This document shows, piece by piece, positions 63,188 to 64,000 of a DNA stretch of 64,000 nt (the first letter of the stretch is position 1; the number at the start of each line of letters is the position of its first letter). The notes under the pieces are model-generated. The model had not been told where the DNA came from and made no database searches. It worked only from the letters and a program-made list of their open reading frames with translations. The DNA is taken from positions 2,944,001 through 3,008,000 of the forward strand of contig OY761556.1 of NCBI GenBank assembly GCA_963664705.1, written 5' to 3'. Both the position numbers and the translations under genes were made by a program. The DNA is from Acidobacteriota bacterium (lineage in GTDB: Bacteria > Acidobacteriota > UBA6911).

Positions 63188-64000
63188 ATGGGTAGCAAAA
63201 GCAAACTAGGAAAAAATCACACCCAAACGATTGAAGAACTTCGGGTTCGTCGAAAAAATGCCAAGGCAGTCCCGCGCCGCAGCAAAGGCCTGGCCAAGCC
63301 CGATACCCGATCAACGGCCGGAGAGGAAAGGCTTTCCCCACTAATCGACAGCATTCAGGATGAAGTATGGTTCGTTGATTTGAACGGCAAGCTTATTTTG
63401 ACCAACCGTGCCGTCAAGGAGGAATTTGGCGCGGACCTTACGGATGAAGAGATTCAGGAAATTGCCTCCGGCTTTGAAGTATACCGTCTCGACGGCACGC
63501 CTCGTCCTATTGACGAGGCACCGCCACTGAGAGCGCTCAATGGTGAAATCGTAAAAAACTGCGAGGAGATTGTCCGAACACCGGCAAATGGAGTCTTGCG
63601 CCATCGGCAGGTGAATGCAGCCCCGGTCAGGAACAGCAACGGTGAAATCATCGGCTCGGTATCCGTGGTGCGCGACGTTACGAGTCAGAAGCAGGCAGAG
63701 GAATCCTTGCGGCAGAGCGAGGAACAATACCGACTGCTCTTTGCAGCCAATCCCAATCCCATGTTCGTGTTCGATGAGGAAACGCTGCAATTCCTGGCAG
63801 TGAACGATGCTGCCATCAAGCACTATGGCTGGACCAAAGAAGAGTTCCTTGCCATGAGCATCCTGGATATCCGTCCCCTCGAAGATCGGCCCATAGCCCT
63901 GGATGCGATCCGGCAATACATGGGCGCACGCGAGGCTCGCATCGGAGTACTCCGACATTGCCGCAAAGACGGTTCGATAATGTTCATGGAGATCAGCGTC
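63188..64000 (+). CDS. Multi-PAS sensor protein (3' end runs off window)
   Basis: Absent from the ORF track. Manual translation gives LIDSIQDEVWFVDLNG...VVRDVTSQKQAEESLRQSEEQYRLLFAANPNPMFVFDEETLQFLAVNDAA. Confidence 0.9.
   Translation, partial: MGSKSKLGKNHTQTIEELRVRRKNAKAVPRRSKGLAKPDTRSTAGEERLSPLIDSIQDEVWFVDLNGKLILTNRAVKEEFGADLTDEEIQEIASGFEVYRLDGTPRPIDEAPPLRALNGEIVKNCEEIVRTPANGVLRHRQVNAAPVRNSNGEIIGSVSVVRDVTSQKQAEESLRQSEEQYRLLFAANPNPMFVFDEETLQFLAVNDAAIKHYGWTKEEFLAMSILDIRPLEDRPIALDAIRQYMGAREARIGVLRHCRKDGSIMFMEISV

Noticed and set aside
1-64000. tRNA, rRNA, prophage or integrase
   Set aside because: None recognised by eye; a tRNAscan/Infernal run would be needed to exclude small RNAs.

Overview
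A 64-kb bacterial chromosomal segment, most likely from an Acidobacteriota genome. The evidence is a TIGR03435-like protein, an Oar-type TonB-dependent receptor and ECF-sigma/Ser-Thr-kinase pairs; a probable selenoprotein and an Fe-S flavoenzyme hint at an anaerobe. Housekeeping and salvage genes (apt, acyP, msrA, pdp-cdd, tatC, dapF) alternate with envelope-signalling modules. The main candidates are: (1) an ECF sigma factor coupled to a zinc-finger anti-sigma/TM/TPR/CHAT protease fusion, followed by a secreted Pro/Cys peptide gene behind three LacI-type palindromes, a free zinc-finger mini-protein and an AraC-half-HTH/PilZ protein; (2) an exported metacaspase operon whose protease and two DUF4384 partners share an R-[DE]-L-x-I motif (RDLKIEK vs RDLVIEK); (3) an exported UGSC-family selenoprotein split by an in-frame TGA with a SECIS-like hairpin; (4) a RAYT HUH transposase bounded by GGACACCCAT inverted repeats with laddered stutter copies, plus a related non-autonomous element 27 kb away; (5) a DnaA-box cluster upstream of pdp-cdd. 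No rRNA, tRNA, CRISPR array or cas genes were recognised. All family assignments are by eye from motifs, not from database searches.
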